Assembly: GCF_036321535.1 (NCBI RefSeq)
Contig: NC_087447.1
Span: 52,764,001 to 52,828,000 of the forward strand
Length of the DNA stretch: 64,000 nucleotides
Source: Camelus dromedarius
Taxonomy: Eukaryota
Direction of reading: 5' to 3'
A program made the position numbers and the translations under genes. Positions 38,492 through 51,115 of the stretch are shown here, piece after piece. Position 1 is the stretch's first letter. Each line of letters begins with the position of its first letter. The notes below the pieces were generated by a model. It did no database searches. It was not told the DNA's origin and saw nothing but the letters and a program-made list of their open reading frames with translations.

Positions 38492-39949
38492 TGGAAGGCA
38501 CTTCTTTTGACTTCAAAGCCTTAAGAGAAATCCCAGAACGGCTGGCCTGGAAGAGCTGGGATTCTGCACTGACTGGGGGACTTGGGCTCAAACCCTGTGG
38601 CACAGGAGCAGGTGATCTTAGAAGCTACTGAACTTCTGTGAGTCTCACTTTCCACACAGTCACCCAGGAGTTGAATAACCCTGCCTCCCATTCCCGAAGG
38701 CTTAGTCCAAGGACCAGGAGAAAGAAAAGCTGTAAAGCCACCATCTGAACGTTCCTTATTCCTGCCTGTGTTCACAAGTAGGAGATGCTGAGAACTGACC
38801 ACGGGGAGGGATATCTGTGCTCTGTCTAAAGCTTCTGGCGTCAATCTTCTGCAATTGGGCCTCCAAGAATTTACTTTTCCAAGCTGCTCGCTACTGCAAA
38901 CAGACGTAACTCTTTTAGCCTTACATGTTATGGCCCAAGCAATAAAAACGCAACTGGTTTTCGATTTTTTTTTTTAAACAGGCATTCCCAAAGCAATCTT
39001 ATATAAATGATTGTAAAACACGAGGCAAAGACAAAAGGGCTGAGTAGAGAGACAGAACCCAAACAAAGAGCCCTGCCTGGGTCATGGATGAAGAACACCG
39101 AAATCTTGGCCTGCTGCTTTGGAAACTCCTTGAATCTAAGACTTGGGAAGAAAACCTCATTTATTTAAAATCCATTACATCTGATCATTTGGACATGGCC
39201 TCAGTGACCTTGCCAGTGCTCTATCTGTGAAACGCAGACTGGCTTAGAGGTGGGGCCCTTTGGTGCATAGGTCAGCTTGCTAGCTGGGTGGCCAGGTGAC
39301 CTGGCTCACTCTTGACCCCACCACCTTGTAACCTTGGACAAGACAACTTCCCTCTGCAGCCTCAATGGTCGTCCCTATCAAATAACAATGTTGGATTAGA
39401 GGCTGTTCCTGTCTCATCCAGTTCTATGATTAGTCACTTCCTTTGGGAAGTCCTCCCAATCCCTCAAAGAATGCTTGCTAAAAGGAACTGGTATCTGTGA
39501 AATTAAAGCATGTTTAATCAACCAAAGGGAACAAACTATTTTAGAGCACATTGAAAGCACTCGTTTCTATGCCTCAAGGAAGAACAAAGCATTTCAGTTT
39601 GTACTCAAGCTGATCCATAGGAATTTTCACCTGTTTGCAGTTGGTTTGTGGTAGCTACATATTTTATATGCCTGAAAGTAATGAATAATACTATCATTAT
39701 AGAGAGCAATTGGGGGCTATACTCTATGCTAAGAACTTTATATACCACAGCAATGCTGTGATGCAGGTTCATCATATCCACTTTCATATGGAAACTGCTG
39801 CTCGGAGAGGTTAAAAAACTTGCCCAGTGTGATACAGCAAGTGGTAGGAGTCCAACCCTAGTCCTGTGGTAGCATCTGACGCTAACCCATCATCTAATAA
39901 ACACATTCTAGTTTATGAGTATATTGTTTGTCTTTCCTTTTAGTGGACA

Positions 39950-40720
39950 TTAACTTTTAAAAGTTTACTGAGCTATAACTGATGTACATTACTGTTCATG
40001 TTAAAATTATATAATGTGATGATTTTTGGTATCAGTAATACAACTGTGAGGCATCACTACAATCAACAGTGAACATATCCATCATCCCCCAAAATTTCTT
40101 CATACACTTCTCCCCTCACCTCTCTCCAGGCAACCACTGATCTGCTTTCTAGCACAAGATATGACTTTACATTTTGTAGAAATTTGTATAGATAGAATCA
40201 GACAGCACATATTTTTCTGACTGGCTTTTTCCACCCAGTATAATTATTTTGAGATTGATTCATGTTGTTGGGTTTATCAAGAATTCATTCCATTCCTTTT
40301 TTGTTGCTGAGTAATATTCCATTGTGTGTATATAATACAATTTGTTTAGCTAGTCACCTACTGATAGACATTCGGTCATTTCCGGTTTCTGGCTATGACC
40401 AATAAAGCTGCTGTGAACATTCCTGTGCAGGACTCTGTAAGTAAATATGCTTTTGCTTCTCCTGGGGACATACCTAGCAGTAGAGAAGCTGGGTCAGAAG
40501 CCAGGTGTACATTTAAACTTTTAAGAAGCCATCGAACTGTTCTCCAAAGTAGTAGTACCATTTTACATTTCTGTTGCTCTATGTCCTTACCAAAATTCAG
40601 TATAATTGGTCTTTTTAATTATAGGCATTTGAGTGGAGTTGAAGTCATATCTCATTACAGTTTTAATTTTTCGTTTCCCTAATGATGAATGATGTCAAGC
40701 ACCTTTTCTTGTGCTTATTT
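39950..40720 (-). mobile_element. Ancient LINE-1 3' end (L1MC/MD-type)
   Basis: ggcaaccactgatctgctttct, ttgttgctgagtaatattccattgt, aataaagctgctgtgaacatt; ORF 40376-40561(-) resembles ORF2 tail. Confidence 0.85.
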
Positions 40721-40800
40721 TTAAAAATCTTTAGCTATGATATAAAAATTTGACAAAAATAACAGTGCTAGTTACCATTTATTCAGCTGTTACTCTACTA

Positions 40801-41720
40801 CAGGTATACCTTGGAGGTATCAGGGGTTCAGTTGCCAACCATGACAATAAAGTGAATATCGCAGTAAAGCAAGTCCCATGAATTTTTGGTTTCTCAGTGC
40901 ATATACAAGTTATGTTTAAATATATATAATATATATTTTATTTATATAATGGAATACTACTCGGCCATAAAAAAGAATAAAATAATGCCATTTGCAGCAA
41001 CATGGATGGACTTGGAGATCATCATTCTAAGTGAAGTAAGCCAGAAAGAACGATACTATATGATATCACTCATATGTGGAATCTAAAAATACAAAAAGAC
41101 ACAAACTTATTTACAAAACGGAAAAAGACTCACAGACATAGAAAACAAACTTATGGTTACCAGCAGGGGAAAGGGGATGGGAAGGGATAAATTGGGAGTT
41201 CAAGATTTGAAGATACTAACTACTATATATAAAATAGATAAACAACAAATTTCTACTGTATAGCACAGGAAACTATATTCAATATCTTATAGTAACCTAT
41301 AATAAAAAAGTATATGAAAAGGAATGTATGTATGTATATATATGACTGAAACATTATGTTGTACACCAGAAATTGATGCAACACTGTAAACTGACTATAT
41401 TTCAATTAAAAAAGTTGTTTATACTGCAGTCTATTAAGAATGCAATAGAATCATGTCTTAAAAAAAACAATGTACAGATTTAAATTAAAAATACTTTATT
41501 GCCAAAAAATGCTAACCATCATCTGAGCTTTCAGCGAGTAATCTTTTTACCAATGGAGGGTTTGAAGTTCTCTGAGAATTAACAATATGTGACACAGAGA
41601 CACGAAGTGTCTGTTGGAAAAATGGTGTCAACAGTCTTGCTGGATGCAGGGTTGTCACAAACCTCCAACTGGTAAAAAAAATATGGCATCTGCAAAGCGT
41701 AATAAAGTGAGTTATGCCTG
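40801..41720. mobile_element. Internally deleted Tigger1 (TcMar) derivative, Tigger1a-like, split by an L1
   Basis: TIRs caggtatacc (after TA) ... gttatgcctg; diagnostic aataaagtgaatatcgc, gctaaccatcatctgagc, tgtgacacagagacacgaagtg. Confidence 0.88.
40940..41411 (+). mobile_element. Young LINE-1 3' end nested in Tigger1 derivative
   Basis: atggaatactactcggccataaaaaagaat...gtaaactgactatatttcaattaaaaaa; degenerate TSD aagttatgttta (40907-40918)/aagttgttta (41412-41421). Confidence 0.92.
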
Positions 41721-42008
41721 AATGTGACAGGTATGATGCTACGAATTTTACATGCATTGTCTCATCTCACCCTCATAACAACCTAATGAGGACAGGATTA
41801 ACATCCAGCTTTATGGATGGGGAAAGAGACTCAGTGAGGTCAGGGAGTCTGGCCTACCTCTCAGGGTAAGCTGGGGGCAGGGCCAGGTTCCTCTCCAGGC
41901 CTCTGCTCTAGACCCTGGAAGACGTGCCTGCCACCAACACTGCTCTTGTGCAAGACTGGCATCCTGTATCTCAGGCACAGCCAGGATTTGGGGGCATAAC
42001 CTTTCAAT

Positions 42009-42039
<31 letters not shown>

Positions 42040-42353
42040 GGTGGACACTGCCACGCCACACACAGTCATTGCCTATTTGCTAGAAACACAGGATGGTTTA
42101 GCCAAGGTACACTGCGGCTGAGACCCTGATCAATATATTGATACTGTATAACATTAAAGTCAAAACAGGGATCTGGAAAGTAGTTTACCGAGAGCCTCAA
42201 ATCTAAGGGCTGGCATCAGAACGCCAACACCAAGCACATTCATAGTGTGCTGATGGAATCGCTGAAAAGAGCTTTATTTTCGCTCTTTAAAGGCAGGTGT
42301 ACTTCAAGCTGTTGATTCTTACGTAAGCACTGAGAATGTGTCTGGAGTTTTCT

Positions 42354-42537
42354 CTGGCCCAGAGACTGAGTTCTAGTATCCAGGGCAAGGCTATGTGCTG
42401 TACTGGCCCAGGGACTGAGTTCTAGCACCCAGGGCAAGGCTATGTGCTGTGCTGGCCCAGAGACTGAGTTCTAGCACCCAGGGCAAGGCTATGTGCTGTA
42501 CTGGCCCAGAGACTGAGTTCTAGCACCCAGGGCAAGG
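42354..42537 (+). repeat. 49-bp minisatellite, ~3.75 near-identical copies
   Basis: Unit ctggcccagagactgagttctagcacccagggcaaggctatgtgctgta starting at 42354, 42403, 42452, 42501. Confidence 0.97.
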
Positions 42538-43459
42538 GCAAGTGCTATGCAGGAAGTATGAGCAGCTATGAGCAGCCCAGACAGCCTCTCGGGACGTCAG
42601 GTTCTTTCTCTGGGCTGCCAGTGGCTCATGTGGGACTCCCCTTGAACCCTAACCCTTCTGGTGCTGGGATGCTGTCATTTGTTCTTAACAGTTTGCAGGA
42701 AACATCAAATGTGCAAGTGGTAGTAAACACGACAGTCTAACAAGGAGAGCCCTACTGAAGTAGAAAACATTTTACCTGTGCGTTTTGACTTTAAAGCCTT
42801 GGCTCTGGGTTGATGTTTACACTCCACGTCTACAGAACTACATGGCCCTTCAAAGAACAGTGCTCTTGTCCCCCGCCATCCTGGAATACGCTCTTGACTC
42901 TCCTGCTGACACTCGCAATGTGGTGTCATCTAGATATAGCTTCCTGGCACCAGCAGAATAAAGTCCAAGCTCCCGACTTGCCTTCCTTCTTCCTGAGGTC
43001 GCCTCATCCCACCCTGCTTCCCCCCGTGGATACACTTTTCCAGAGCTTACAGACTTTTCCTCAGGCTCTCTTCTCTGCCTGGGGAGTCCTTCCACATTTC
43101 CCCATTTGGAGAGCTCTTAGACTCTCAGGGCCTATTAAGAAGGTCTCCCCTCTCTGAAGGCTTACCCTCTTGGTCCCCATGCAGATGAAATCAGCCCTTA
43201 ACTGCATTCTCCCTGGATGGGGTGCCCACCTCCAGGGAGGCCCTTCTCCCACTATGTATCTCATAGGGTGTGATACAGAGCATCAGAGATAACACACAGC
43301 ACTGAATATGTACATAGTATATATGACATAGAGCACATATGATATATAGCATCAGCAATAGGCTTGTCTGCTTCCCCCACTTGACCAGCCCAGCCCAACA
43401 GAAAGAGAACATACATATGATAAATAATCTTGCATAATAAATAAGTGCTATAAATATAA

Positions 43460-43600
43460 TCAAGTGTAACTAAAATTTAAAATTCTATTCTAGCCACATT
43501 TCCAGGGTCCAACAGCAGCATGAGACTAATGGCTACTGTATTGGAGGGCACAGACATAGAACACTTCCATCCCTGTGGAAATTTCTACTGAAAAGCCCTG
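43460..43600. mobile_element. MER3-like hAT-Charlie fragment
   Basis: ctagccacatttc...atggctactgtattgga...gaacacttccatc...aaatttctactg, followed by gtctagag target-like site. Confidence 0.75.
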
Positions 43601-44241
43601 GTCTAGAGTATCTCTTTGGGGAAGTCCTCCCCATGGTGGTAAGTTCGCTTCTTTGAAGTGCAGCTGATTCCCCTATATAAGCCAAAGGTACTGGGGCTGC
43701 AGTACGGGGATGACGGCAGCGTCAGGAACACCGATGCTCTGGTCGCCAGATGCCACTTCTGATGCATTGTAGCCAACCATGTGGCTTGAAAGCTGGCTCC
43801 GAAGGTCAGTGCTGGCTTTTATGAACCTCTCCCATCTAGTCTCCCTCGTGCCACTCTATCCCCCCGATATGCCATCTTCTGCTTAAGACCAACAGAAATA
43901 ACTTGATTTCCTATTTTCCTGTGTATCTGTATATGCTCTTCCAGCCATCTGGCATGTCCTCTCCTGTCATCCTGGCTGACTCTGATGACCATTCAACACA
44001 GTTCAGGCTTCACCAGCTCTGTGATGCCTTCCCTGATGGCCTCTATGCTGAAGTGGCTGGCCCCCTTGTATGGCCCCTGTACATTTATACCCTTCCTCAA
44101 CCACTCCACACGGATGTGTCTGGCAATGCACTGTGACCTCTTGGAAGGTAGCAGTTGTCTTTTCCCCTGGCTCGGCCCACCGCAGTGCCTAGCAAATCAG
44201 ACATGCTTGACAAATACTAATCGAAAGCCCTTGTGAATGAA

Positions 44242-45167
44242 TGACTCAACTCCCAAATTGCCAAAGAGGCATCCAACCTTGTGTCCAGCAATGGCTGCAT
44301 CATCTGAATGAATGGGCAGTCTCTCCACGTACTGCCTCAAAAGGCAGCCCTCCTCCTTAGATTGTTCATATATTTATATAACAGGCTTAGCTTATAAATG
44401 TTTGAAGTATAGGATGGAAAGAAGCCTACAGATGGCAGCTGAGCCTTGTCCCTGCCTTCAAAACAAACGCACATCCAAAGCAGTCAAGAAGATAAAAACC
44501 TACCCAGCTTTTTAAAGAATTCAAAACCACCCCCAGCATGTCATGGCAACGTGGAATCAAGAACTGAGGGCACCTCCCTCTCTGCGCTGAGTCAGTGGCC
44601 TTTGTCTGCTCTGTGACTCACCCTGCTGCATATAAACCACCTGAGCAGCTGGGAGCAGGGACACTGTGCAGCTCACGCCCACGGGGATGCGGTCTGCCCC
44701 CTCCTTCTGTGTTCGGGATGGCACCCCAGCCACCATGGCACAAGGATGGATGTGAATGGGGTCAATCTCCAGCTCTTTCCTGTGAGTCAGGGGTGGGCAG
44801 TGGGTGAGATGGTAAAATCAGATTGGCAGTCAAGAAAGGAACTGGAATTTTGGACTTGACACTGTGATATGGACTTTATAGTGAGTTCAAATCCCACTAC
44901 ATGGCCAGTTACCATATATGGTGTATTGAGGAACATTTTCCAGCCTTATTTCCTCAACTTGAAGTGAAGATAACGCCCTTCTTCAGGTTGGTTATGAAAA
45001 GGTAATGAGATTAGTGTCTGCCACACAGTAGGAGTTCAGAAGATGATAGACACCATCCCCGCCTTCACCCCTTGGTCAGACGTCCCGTGAACTGTCTGGC
45101 TTTGTGGGTTGAGATGAGGCCCATCCTTCTCTGAGTCTTCAGTTTCTCTAGGTACAGAGGTGAGTCA
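44242..45167. promoter_or_regulatory. Putative enhancer: cluster of five AP-1 (TGASTCA) sites
   Basis: TGASTCA at 44242, 44588, 44614, 44783, 45161; TATAAA at 44631; motif evidence only. Confidence 0.45.
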
Positions 45168-45769
45168 AATTGTCCCTCAGTTCCTTTCCTTTCAGATCCA
45201 AGGTGTGAGGCTTTGGGTGTGAGACTTTCTTTCTGTGTGATATTGTGTGTGTGTATGTGTGTATGGGAGAGAGAGGAGCCTTTTTTTTTTTTTAGTTCCC
45301 TTAATGGAGTAAGACATTTAAATATTTTGATTCCAGCCCACTGTGTTCTCTTTGTTCTGTATATACTTTTAAAGCTTATCTTTGTCTGTTAGCTCTTTCC
45401 ACAATGCAAATCCTTCTCACAATACACGGTAAAGGTTTTTTCCCTCCTGATGACTTAACATATAAAAAATGTTAAAACCTTATTCTTTGTTTTTAAATCT
45501 TTGATGTTTCTGATAAAACAGGTTGGAAAGGGTTGCAGTGGAAAACTGCTCCATTTATCTGCGTGACTAACAGAAAGAGAAAGCTGGCTTGCAGCCTCTG
45601 GAGCAGAAGGGCAACCAGAGTGCTTGCCTGTAAGGAAGGCTTCTGCCTTGATCACTTCTCAGAACCCTGCCCATTCCTGAAGCCACAGAGTCAACGCTTC
45701 TCAAAGCATTTCTGAAGGAATCCTGCTCTTCAGAGAGGCTCTGCAAACATTTTTAAACTCTCACATTGG

Positions 45770-45930
45770 AAGTTTGGGAACACTTAGGGACTACTTCCCT
45801 CTCATGGAGATTCCCATCAGCACAGTCAAGGCTCTGATAATTCCTGCACTACAAGAACACGTTTAACCTGTCTCATATGGCATTTCTCAAACTTATTTGG
45901 ACGCAAACCAATATTTTTGTGGGGTTCCTC
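45770..45930 (+). mobile_element. MER112-like hAT-Charlie fragment
   Basis: agtttgggaacac...tggagattc...aaggctctgataattcctgca...gcatttctcaaacttatttg. Confidence 0.6.
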
Positions 45931-47474
45931 TCTATTGTGATAAAAAATGCTACTACGCCCTCCTATATACCCACATACCCCCCGCCACATGCAATATGGA
46001 AAAAATGCTTAAAACCCAGTTCCAGGAGCCAGTAACAGCATGGTTCCAGGGGCAGAGGTAACAGCATGCATTTTAGAATCAGATAAACTCAGCTGCAATC
46101 CTACGTCCACCAGCAGGGTAGCCTGAAGGATGTTACTTAAACTTGCAGAGCCTCGGCCTTGCCGTCAGTGAAAACTGAGCTGATAATATCTACTTCTACA
46201 GTGCTTGTGAGTGTGTCAGGTGAGACGAGGCGTGCACGGAAGCATCTGGCACCCAGAAGGAATTTTTAAAATGTGACTCTGCCTCCTCTCTCCCCTTTGC
46301 CAAAGCACATGCGGAGACATTAGAAAACACACTGGTCATTTTTTTTTAAATGCACATAAAACTTTAAATCATATATTACGTAAGAAGCCTTCTTGGAATG
46401 TCATTCCATTACCTAGTCTGCAGGTTTTCATAAATACAGTCATTCAGAAAAAAAATGGCAGGCCCGCTCCAACACGGATGCACGTGGAGGAGGCCCAGTA
46501 CTGCATACAGCGCTCTGGAATTTAATATCAAGGAATTTGTCCAAGTCGAATATTACTTTGTTTAACGGAATGTGATATCACTTGATACGGTCATCAAGTG
46601 CATTCCTATCAAAATACAGCTGTTATTAACATTACTAACAACTGCTTTATCCCAGTGCCTTTTATTGAAATCATAACGACGGGCACTTTCGGAGTAAGTG
46701 TCCCTGGCTAATTTTCAGAGGTACATCTCCAACAGAGAGGTTCAGATGGTAATTCCACCGGGGCTCTCACCAAGGTAGAATGAGTTTAAAATGCTCGAAA
46801 GAAGAGTCATCTCCAGGTCACCAATAATTAAATAGGTGTTCAAGGAACGGAATATGGAAAAGGGATAATCTTCCCTGGCTCTGAAATAAAAACAGACTAT
46901 CAGGGAGACGGTGCCTCTGCAGGGACTTGATCTCCATCTACAGTAGGATTCCTTTCAAGCCTGGATGTCTATTTCCAAATACCCATTAAAAGTCTACGAT
47001 GGACATTAATTATGAGAGGCAGGGGATAAGAGCCTAGTTCATTCCCTCCTGTGGTCTGGGCTGGTTTAGAGCTGCCAATCACCACCCCCTTCAGAGAGGC
47101 CCAAGGTGCCCGTGCCCCTTTAAAGAGGATGCTGGACTGCGAGGGAGGGGTTCTTACTCCACAGGTGGTGCTGCCGGAAGTGTTAAAATGCCTTGGGGCC
47201 TGCAAAGTGCATGGAAGGGGCCTCTTGCTAAAAGCAGCGACAGTCTTCCCATGATTCCAGTAGCAGTGGTTGGACCAAGAGACTCCCTCGTCCCTTCTTC
47301 TCAGTTCTCAGCCTCCGAGGCCCCTCTTCCCACTTCCAGTTCCCTGGACACTATTTGGGGATGATTTGATGTCATGTCCCATAAGCTAACAGGTGGCATT
47401 AGCCCCCCCCCCCCCACACACACACACACACAAGGTAAAGGACAGCAGAGAAAAGAGCCTAACTCATGAGCAGT

Positions 47475-47640
47475 AGCACCAGCTCTGGAGTCAGAAAGAC
47501 CTAATTTGAATCCTGACTCCATCCATTGCTTCCTGCTGTGCGGTTTTAGGTGAGTTACTTAACCTGTCTGAGCCTCCATTTTCTGCCTGTAAAATGGGGA
47601 CAAGAAGACCTGCTACCTAAGTTTAATGAGGGTCCTGCTT
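47475..47640 (+). mobile_element. MIR SINE
   Basis: gctctggagtcagaaagacct...tttgaatcctgactcc...gttacttaacctgtctgagcctc..tctgcctgtaaaatgggga. Confidence 0.88.
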
Positions 47641-48609
47641 CATAATACAACATCTAATAGCGTCATCCAACCTTAGGAAAGCAGAAGCCTTGCAGTCAGT
47701 GTTCGTCCGCCTCCATTGTTTCCTGCATAACAACTCCCTCCGCCCTGAGAGAGAAACTTGCAGGAGAGGCCAGCGGAGAAAGAAAAATGGTAAATAATTC
47801 AGAGGCACTAACATCAAGTCTGACGAGGGTATAAAAATAGTTACAAAACACCACACTCCTCTTGTTTTCATTACAGCAACCTTGCCTCCCTGGGAGGACC
47901 AGGAGGCGCTCAGGTCTGGCCTGAGGCTGAGGCTGGCCCTGAGGCAGGAAAGCCTCATCGGGCTTCTTTTTCGCTCTGCTAATTACTCATCTTTGAACAA
48001 AGACCAGGCAGGCATTTGCTTGTCACCTTTTTATTTTAGAGCAGCCTTCAGATAGGCTGCTTTGTTTTGAATTGACAGTGTGCTCGGCTCTTGGAGCAGA
48101 GAATCCTCTCCATCCTGCCTTCTGGAACCAACTGGTGGGCTCACCAAGGAGGCTGGGGCTGATTGCAGAGCTCAGGTTCAGAGGAGCAGGCTGGCAGGCT
48201 GCCGCGAGCCCAAGCCCTCTAGGCAACCCATGCCATGGGCCTGCGTCACCCAGAAGGACTGGGCTGTCCCCAAACGCACACATTCAGGGACGAGAACAGG
48301 AAGAGTCCAGCTGCAGAGGTGATGTTTACTAAGCACCTACTATGTACCAGGCTGTCACAACAAACCCCAGATTAGTTGTACATTTCACAGGTGAGGAGCC
48401 TGAGACTCAGGGAGGTGAAGGGACTTCCGCCAAAGCTCCAGCAAAGAGTCAGGGCTCAGACTGAGACGGCCTGCCTCCCAAGCTTGTTCTCCCCCCACCC
48501 CGCACCTCGACCAGAGCAGAGCATGTGGTATGAAAAGGTCTTCATGAAATATTCAGCTGCCTTTGTAGCTCCTGTCGCCTCCAAGCCAGATCTGAACGCT
48601 GACTCAGGG

Positions 48610-48641
<32 letters not shown>

Positions 48642-50190
48642 GCAAGGGAGCTACATGGAAACAAATTTCCAATTCATACTTAACAAGACAGGGAAAAGGG
48701 CCTGTTCATGGCCTGCTCCAGGGATCAGGGCAAATCTATGCACGCGCCAGGGAGTTAAATGGGAGGCCAGAATCAAACCTACTGCTTCCAGGAGCCAGGG
48801 TCTCTCTGGCTGACTTTGTAGGAGAGAAGAGGAAGTGATGTGCAAATGAGAGGAAACCCGAAAGGGCAGAGGAAGGAGGAGGAACACGAGGACAATATTT
48901 CTTGTCCTTTTGAAAAACATGTTCTCATCCTTCAAGCCTGACCCCCAAACACTTCTTTCTTTGCACATTTTTTTTTTTTTTTTTTGCCTTCCTCAACCAA
49001 CCTGGGCATGAGAGTTCTTCCTCAGATGTGTCTTCTTCATACCAGGCTGCGCTAGAGGTCTGAGCAACATTGCTCCATTTCCTCCTGAAAGCAGGTACTG
49101 TTACTCTGTATTAAAGAAGAAGGAACCAAGACTGAGAGTTTACTGATTCTGCCAAAGGTCACACAAACTAGTGCAGTGGGCCTCGCCCCAGGACAGCCCC
49201 CCACAACAAAGAATCATCTAGTCAGCGGTGCCAAAGCTGAGAGTGCGCGGGCTCGCGATGGCTCAGCCAGGACTTAAACAAGGGCGGCCTGACTCTCCCT
49301 CTCACGGTGTCTGCTAAGACTCTTACTGGAGCATAAGAACCTTGAGGCCTGAGGGGACTCCCCTGCCCTGTCCTGAGTGACACCTACCGCAGAGCATGGC
49401 TCACTCTGCCAGCTCTTACTTACTGACTGATGAATCAGGATACTTCAGACCATGCCCAGGGTCCAGAAGAGCCGCCTCACCAAAGGGAGCCAGCCATTCT
49501 GTATCTGAATCTTTAAAGAGGACCGTGAGTTTCTCGGGAATAACCTGACAGCCCCTACTTGCATTCCTCCCATGATGGGGAGCTCACTCCCTCCACGGGC
49601 AGTGCAATACTTGATAGGATGTTCTCTCTGATGCTGAATTAAAGCCAGCTCACCACCCAGACCCAGCCTACCTTGGCCTCTGGAGCCCTCGGGAAAAGAT
49701 TGCTGGTTAGCTCCTCAGAGGCCAGCCCTAAAGGGGTGGTCAGGTTTTCCTGACTCCAGAAGAACACAGATGTGGTGCCAGAAAGATCCAGATTCAAATC
49801 CTGGCTCTACTTCTCATATAGTTGGTGATGGAGCATCACGAGTCAGCCTGGCAGAGTTGAGATGTTCAGCACACAGTAGGGCCTCAGCACACAGTAGGGA
49901 CCAAATGGCCTATCTTAGCTGGCAGGGTCTCCTCATGTGGACCTGGGCTCCCCTCTCTACTGTGAGCTAGATGACACCTGCCAGCCTTCTCCACATCACG
50001 TCCTCTCTCTGGCCTCTGCCTGCCTGTCTCTGGGGTCCACTTCTGAACAACTGACTTGAATTCCATGATTATTAAGGGGATCGGCAACTGAGATAAGTGA
50101 CAATAACGAATCCAGAAATGACAACCATGAGAGTTACCCTGGCAACACTGTAACTCGAAAAGTTCCAAGAATGTGTTGTACATGATAGGT

Positions 50191-50225
50191 GTGCACACAC
50201 ACGCACACACACACACACATACACG
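50191..50225 (+). repeat. (CA)n microsatellite, interrupted
   Basis: gtgcacacacacgcacacacacacacacatacac. Confidence 0.85.
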
Positions 50226-50919
50226 GGACCGAGCTGGGGGCCTGAGAAACCTGTTTGGTGCCCGAGACAATCACCCAAACTCTGGTGTAGAATGAATTCC
50301 CACCCTATTTACACCTTCGGAGGGGAGGTTGTGGAGGGAAGTTCTCCTTCCAGGAACCTTAATTTTAGCTACCAGGTGCCATACATCAGTGCAGGCAGGT
50401 GTCGAGAGAGGCTACACATCTGCCATTAAAGTTTCAGCTGAAAGTTCAGAGACATCTGAGGATGGTGCATCTTGCTCCTGCCAGAAAGGAGGCTGGACGA
50501 GCTCCCCACCCCTCACCTCCTGTGCACTAACCACAAACAGCTCCTGGAGAGGGACGTCGGCTTTATGGTCGGGAAGACCTGTGCAGGAACCCTGGTTCCC
50601 TGACTCACGGGTGGAGGGCAACCTTGGGGGAAGAGATCTAACCTCTCTGAGCCCCCTTTCCTCCTCTGGAAAAATGGGGAAATCAAGACCTTGTTGTGAG
50701 GACTTGATGAGGTCATGGAGACCAAATGAGGCACACAACTGAGCCACAGCTGAGAGCCCCTTATTGGCAGATGCTCTAAGCTCTGGGGTCACCCCAGTGA
50801 ACAAAAGACAAAGATGGCTGCCTTGGGGAGATTTGCAGCAGACATGAGAGACTAAATAGACAAATGGGAAACAGCCAGACCAAGTACGAAAACAGAACTC
50901 TGACCCCCAGACTCTGCAG

Positions 50920-51115
50920 CACCCAGCCCCGCGCGGTCAGAGTGTGGCCAGTCACCGGACCGCCCTCCCGGTTCTGGCTCCCTCTTTCACCTCAGGGCCG
51001 AGGGAGGGCGAGGTGCACAGGCTTCCCGAGCCAATCACGCAGGACGGCCCGCCCCCGCTCCCGCCAGCCCGCAGCCTCGCGTCAGAGCCGCCCTCGGGCC
51101 TTCTTTCCTTCCGCT
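50920..51115. promoter_or_regulatory. Small intronic CpG-rich promoter/enhancer-like element
   Basis: Local CpG cluster with agCCAATca (51031-51035) and GC box cccgccccc (51048-51056). Confidence 0.5.

Noticed and set aside
41990..42040. Long poly(A)/poly(T) runs (also 5367, 25078, 48610, 48967, 58815) as processed pseudogene tails
   Set aside because: No upstream mRNA-like or ORF-bearing sequence and no TSDs; simple homopolymers
42354..42537. CRISPR-like array
   Set aside because: Units are contiguous with no unique spacers, no cas genes, and the DNA is mammalian: it is a minisatellite
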